A stretch of DNA of 64,000 bases, from the NCBI GenBank assembly GCA_963825865.1, contig CAWGVG010000036.1, forward strand, positions 64,001-128,000, given 5' to 3'. A program made the translations under genes and the position numbers. The notes under the pieces were generated by a model that saw only the letters and a list, made by a program, of their open reading frames with translations, had not been told where the DNA came from and ran no database searches. Within the stretch, counting starts at the first letter, position 1; each line of letters opens with the position of its first letter. Positions 59,977 through 64,000 of this stretch are shown piece by piece. The DNA is from an uncultured Nitrososphaeraceae archaeon (GTDB lineage: Archaea > Thermoproteota > Nitrososphaeria > Nitrososphaerales > Nitrososphaeraceae).

Positions 59977-60573
59977 CTATTTCTGTATTGTTAGTCTTTC
60001 GTCTCCAGAAATCAAGCCCGCTTGTTGTAGACAATCGAATAGGGCTCTTGCGTGACCTTCAGTAATATCACCGCTTAAGACAAGTCCAATTAGTATGAGT
60101 TCGATTTGCAGATCTGATACTGTGCCGGTGTTGATTATTTTGCATACGTCTTCAATTGAGGATACCTTGAAACCCAGTTTTACGAATGCTTGAATAAAAG
60201 CTTTTTGCTCATCCAAGGTAAGCTTTGTTGTGAAACAGTCTGCGCACGGATCTTTCACTGCGCCATTATTGACTGCGCCGTTATTGACTGCGCCGTTTTC
60301 TCTTACACATGATGCATTGTCACCTGGATGTGTGCATATCACGTTTTGACATTCTTGTGCTAATGAGTTATCAAATCCGCTTTCTGTCGCGTCTTGTTTG
60401 CATGCCTGTAAGGTAACTGTGTTACCATCTCTACTATTTTCTTGTGATCCTCCTCTATTCTTCTTTTGATAAGCAAGTGCTGTTTGTGTTGTTGCTGTTG
60501 CTGCAAATGTTCCTACTACTAATGTTGCTGCCATAAAGATAGCAACTATAGCTAAAGTTTTTGTGTTGTTCAT
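59977..60573 (-). CDS. MNNT/ICTHP-family secreted protein with C-terminal 4-Cys helical domain
   Basis: Signal; GNTVTLQACKQ...GFDNSLAQECQNVICTHPGDNASC; NGAVN repeats; CADCF...VCKII...FDCL. Confidence 0.88.
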   Translation of the reverse strand: MNNTKTLAIVAIFMAATLVVGTFAATATTQTALAYQKKNRGGSQENSRDGNTVTLQACKQDATESGFDNSLAQECQNVICTHPGDNASCVRENGAVNNGAVNNGAVKDPCADCFTTKLTLDEQKAFIQAFVKLGFKVSSIEDVCKIINTGTVSDLQIELILIGLVLSGDITEGHARALFDCLQQAGLISGDERLTIQK

Positions 60574-60810
60574 ACGTTACCAAGCAATATGATTTCATCT
60601 ATATATTTGACTTGAGGAAGTTAATGCTGTTTTATTTAGTATGATTTAGTGCTAACTTATCTAGCATAACTATTGAGAATATCAAATGACGTGAAATTAA
60701 TCATTTATATATTGGTAGTATATATTCACTGTAATTAAATAATAATAAATAAACCCACCACTAACATCGAGCTTTCTTTTATGTTTTTAAATAAAACACA
60801 CGCTAGCAGT
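60574..60810 (-). promoter_or_regulatory. Cassette upstream element, copy L
   Basis: catctatatatttgacttgaggaagttaatgctg...attgagaatatcaaatgacgtgaaatt...caccactaacat. Confidence 0.85.
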
Positions 60811-61318
60811 GGACTTGATAACATGAGAACAAAAAGATGATGGAAAATAATATGCAGTAATGATAATGGTGGTAGAGGAAAACAAAAAGGCAGCAGGTTA
60901 TTATCCTCGTGTTCATCTTTTTTTGCTACTATTATTGTCAGTATTAGTTTTCATACTCAATTTTTCTATATCAATCTTATAGAGGTAAAAAAAATTTGGT
61001 TAATTTAATTAACTCATATAATAATAATGAAAAGGTTGTAATTACTCCTTCTGTTACAAAGCAGTGGTGTTATATCTATTTCTCTCTCTGTCTCTTTCTC
61101 CAATCTGCAACAGCTAATCGAGAATTCTATGCGAAGGCGTTGCACTGTGCCTGCTTGGTATAACATTATTACTATACATTATTATATATCTTATATGAAA
61201 AGATTGTTATAGTTAATTGTAAGTTAAAAAAGAGTATTTGTAAGTTAAGAGGCTCTTCCGAATCTAGTACTTTTGCCTATATATACCATTGTCATCAAAA
61301 ATACTTCATAAAAAATAT

Positions 61319-61348
61319 ATTAAAACATATTAAAACATATTAAAACAT
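61319..61348. repeat. (ATTAAAACAT)3 tandem repeat
   Basis: Read directly from the sequence. Confidence 0.8.
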
Positions 61349-61679
61349 GGTTATATCATCCATTATGCTAAAAAATCCTGGATTATAGCACCAAACTACT
61401 CAACTTTTCATTGGCACCTGAACCAAAACAATTCAATTATAATTAACATAGTTACTTAACAATCTTTTTATTCCAGATTACACCACTAACTATTAGATGT
61501 AGATTGGCATAGATAGAATGGTGGAGCGAGGTAGTTGTGTTGTTCATAATCTACTACTATTGTTGACCTATCTTCTGTCTTGCTAGTCTACATCTTTTAG
61601 ATTTAAAGTTTTAGGAGAGGGATTATTAAGAATAAACGAATAACTATTGAATTAATCTATGATATATAATTTAATTAAT

Positions 61680-61895
61680 TTACACTCTTGGTTGTTTTGC
61701 CATATTAATTACCTGCTTACCTTTTTTTGTAAGCTTGTTGTATCGCCTGTTTTTAATTATTCTTCTTTCTACTAATCCATCATTGTGTGCTTTAAGCAAA
61801 AGTTTGTGACCATAACCATATCCCCCAAGCATTTTTAGTAGTTCTCTGGCTGTAAGAGCAATAAGCAAAGTTATAGAAGCATACAAACGAGATAA
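61680..61895 (-). pseudogene. Winged-helix protein C-terminal fragment abutting the TnpB remnant
   Basis: TARELLKML...GLVERR...YNKLTKKGKQVI. Confidence 0.5.
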
Positions 61896-61899
61896 GACG

Positions 61900-62414
61900 A
61901 TTAAACCAGCATTCAAACCACCTGGTTCAATACATACGACCAGAGAAATTCTAGAATAGGAATTGATACGGCGTCTATAATGACTTTGCAAGGAAGGTTG
62001 AAACTTCCTACTAGAATAGGAGGGTATCAGAAAGCAAGGTTTGATAGGGTTCGTGGCCAATGCGATTTAATATACAGAAATGGTGTTTTCTACCTGATTG
62101 TCGTAGTAGATATGCACCAGAAAAGTCAGAAGAATATGATCCTGTTGGTGCTTTAGGCGTAGACTTGGGAATTAAAAATATAGCAGTAGATAGCGATAGA
62201 CAGATATTCGAAAGTAAAAAAGTTGAGAAAGCAAGACAGCATTATAACAAACAAAGATCAATATTACAGAAGGTAGGGACTAAATCAGCAGAGAAAACTA
62301 AAGAAAATATCTGGTAAGGAAAGACGTTTTAAGAAAGATACTAACCATTTTGAATGCCTTCAATGTGGATATAAGGAAATGGCGGATTATATTGCAGCAA
62401 AGAATATTGCTCGC
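61900..62414 (+). mobile_element. tnpB: IS200/IS605 TnpB remnant (frameshifted, internally deleted)
   Basis: RGQCDLIYRNGVFYL, LGVDLGIKNIAVDSD (RuvC-I), KERRFKKDTNH joined to FECLQCGY..ADYIAAKNI (RuvC-III). Confidence 0.85.
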
Positions 62415-62494
62415 CTAGGTTACAATCATTATTATCGTCTTATCTTTATCTATTTCTATTTCTTCTTCTATGGCTTCTTCTTTCTGTGATAACG

Positions 62495-62750
62495 CTACAT
62501 TCTTGTGATCACATGTTGTCTCCCTTGTTGTTTTTTTTGAGAATAATCTTTCCTTGTATGCTTTGTGAATTTCAAAACTTGGGGCAACAGCTTTCTTAAC
62601 CACGACTCAGATATACCTCTGATAGTAAAAGATTCAACAATCATTTTTCTAAATTGTATATTATCTATATTCAGATCTGAAGCTAATTGTTTTATTTCTT
62701 CTATCTGTTGGATGAATGTCTTTTTTGCATCTATGTAGATATTCTGTAGT
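62495..62750 (-). pseudogene. Fragment of a hypothetical protein family (second fragment near 57050-57130)
   Basis: QIEEIKQLASDLNIDNIQF resembles QIREARQLASDLNVDEIQL. Confidence 0.45.
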
Positions 62751-62756
62751 CCGTAA

Positions 62757-62895
62757 ACTGTTGACAAGTTAAAAGAAGTTATTGGTTTAAAGATAAGAGG
62801 GTTGAACAAATCAGGGCAATATTGACGTTAATAGCAATGTAGGAATCACAAGATAGTAAAAGAAAAACAACTAGGCAGCAATAAGAAGATATAAA
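62757..62895 (+). pseudogene. 3-prime remnant of an Lrp/AsnC paralog of 22993-23253
   Basis: gttgacaagttaaaagaagttatt...gataagagg...gaacaaatcag..caatattgacgttaatagcaatg matches 23137-23218. Confidence 0.7.
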
Positions 62896-63129
62896 TTTCT
62901 AAATGTTTAGTTGCTTCTAAGTCTGCTTTTAAAACGGTAGTGATTTATCTCGGGGTGGTTGACTTAGGCTTTCAATCCCATCTTCATCAGTTTCTAACAA
63001 GACATGCGTCCCTGTTAATCTTGCTTTATTTGATTTTGCGAAAAGATATGAAAAAAGAAAAGAAAAAAAAGTTGTGGTAGTAGTAGTAAAGAACTACCTT
63101 ACCATGTATTAAGAGCTACAGCTGTTATT

Positions 63130-63435
63130 CTAACCGCTTTCTTCTACACACGTGTCATCTGGATGAGTGCAGATAACATTTTGTGCTTCTTGTTCTAGTG
63201 AGTTATCAAATCCACTTACTGACCCTCTTTGTTTGTTTGCCTGGATGGTGACTGTGTTACCATTTTCATTTCTATTATCTCTTCCGTCTTTTCCCTTGTT
63301 ATCCTTTCTGTCTTTTCCATTGTCTTTCTTGTAGGCAAATGCTGATGGTGTAGATGTTGCTGCGAACGTTACTCCTACTACTAATGTTGCCGCTGTTAAG
63401 ACAGCAACTATTGCTAGAGTTCTTGTGTTGTTCAT
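63130..63435 (-). CDS. MNNT/ICTHP-family small secreted protein
   Basis: Near-duplicate of 46776-47081; shared terminator at 63061-63100. Confidence 0.88.
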   Translation of the reverse strand: MNNTRTLAIVAVLTAATLVVGVTFAATSTPSAFAYKKDNGKDRKDNKGKDGRDNRNENGNTVTIQANKQRGSVSGFDNSLEQEAQNVICTHPDDTCVEESG

Positions 63436-63590
63436 TTAGATTTCGTCACAAGCATTACAATGTCATCTATATATTTGACTTGAGGAAGTTAATGCTGTTT
63501 GTTATTACTGACTTGTCTAGCATAGCTATTGAGGATATCAAATGACGTGAAATTACTCATTTATCTATCATCAGTTATATTCTATAATTA
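63436..63590 (-). promoter_or_regulatory. Cassette upstream element, copy M
   Basis: ttagatttcgtcacaagcattacaatgtcatctatatatttgacttgaggaagttaatgctg...gatatcaaatgacgtgaaattactcatttatcta. Confidence 0.88.
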
Positions 63591-64000
63591 TTTGAGGCTT
63601 GGACATAATTCCAGATTCGTATTTTTGGCAATGTCTATTGATGAATTAGGATAAAGCTATCCTTTGAGTGTTTGAATTTGTGATGAAACATAATCAAACA
63701 TTCCCAAAGGATAGTATATGGTAGTAGTAAATGTGAATCTATCCTTTTTAGTATTCTGTATTTGATAGGATTGATACCATGGTCAGAATCACAAAAAAAG
63801 ATGAAAAGAAGGAGAAGAAGGGGCAGACCGTATGTCTATTCACCTAGCATAATTCTGAGATGTTTCATAGTAAGACTATGGTTTAGATTGGATTCTAACA
63901 ATGCATTACATAAATTCCTAGAATTGGATTATCCTTACAATAAGAAGATAATGAAAAGGTGTGGTCTGAGCCAAATACCATATAGACGAACATTTGACAG

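Noticed and set aside
61680-62060. 126-aa ORF as one gene
   Set aside because: Its 5-prime half is the antisense of the TnpB remnant; only the 3-prime wHTH-like part looks real
10148-63435. Diversity-generating retroelement acting on the paralogs
   Set aside because: No reverse transcriptase in the window, and the differences between near-identical copies are not adenine-specific
63354-63545. Similar short ORFs at 63354-63545 and 44487-44720 (DLRKLMLFVITDLSSI)
   Set aside because: They are antisense translations of the conserved non-coding element; the frame is not preserved in other copies
8041-63590. Calling the cassette element a classical MITE or retro-copy
   Set aside because: I could not see terminal inverted repeats or target-site duplications, and homology extends well upstream of the TATA box, which argues against RNA-mediated copying

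Overview
Low-GC, low-coding-density archaeal DNA, most likely a soil ammonia-oxidising archaeon of the Nitrososphaeraceae (inferred from the DUF1610 - EF-1beta - CDC48 block, archaeal Hsp20, TFB-like domain, stand-alone REC proteins, FUN14 and Lrp/AsnC genes). Many genes, including CDC48, carry single-base frameshifts, so part of the apparent decay is probably long-read indel error. Recognisable content: a metal-resistance cluster (P1B ATPase, CmtR-like ArsR, CsoR-like protein, rhodanese), two Hsp20 genes, MgtC, an M48/YgjP peptidase, patatin, a phytoene-desaturase-like oxidoreductase, a nucleotide-sugar dehydrogenase, and IS630, IS481 and TnpB remnants. I saw no tRNA, rRNA or CRISPR array. 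The main finding is a dispersed expression cassette with 11 complete and several decayed copies. Each has a conserved ~130-250 bp upstream element ending in CTCAAGTCAAATATATAG and an ATG AAC (MN..) start. Most encode a signal peptide, a variable low-complexity cargo and an NTxTxQ...GxxNxLxQ...ICTHP..C motif, and several share a hairpin/oligo-T terminator. The same element also precedes unrelated cargo. A second candidate novelty is a SAM-methyltransferase apparently fused to TFB/TFIIB cyclin repeats.
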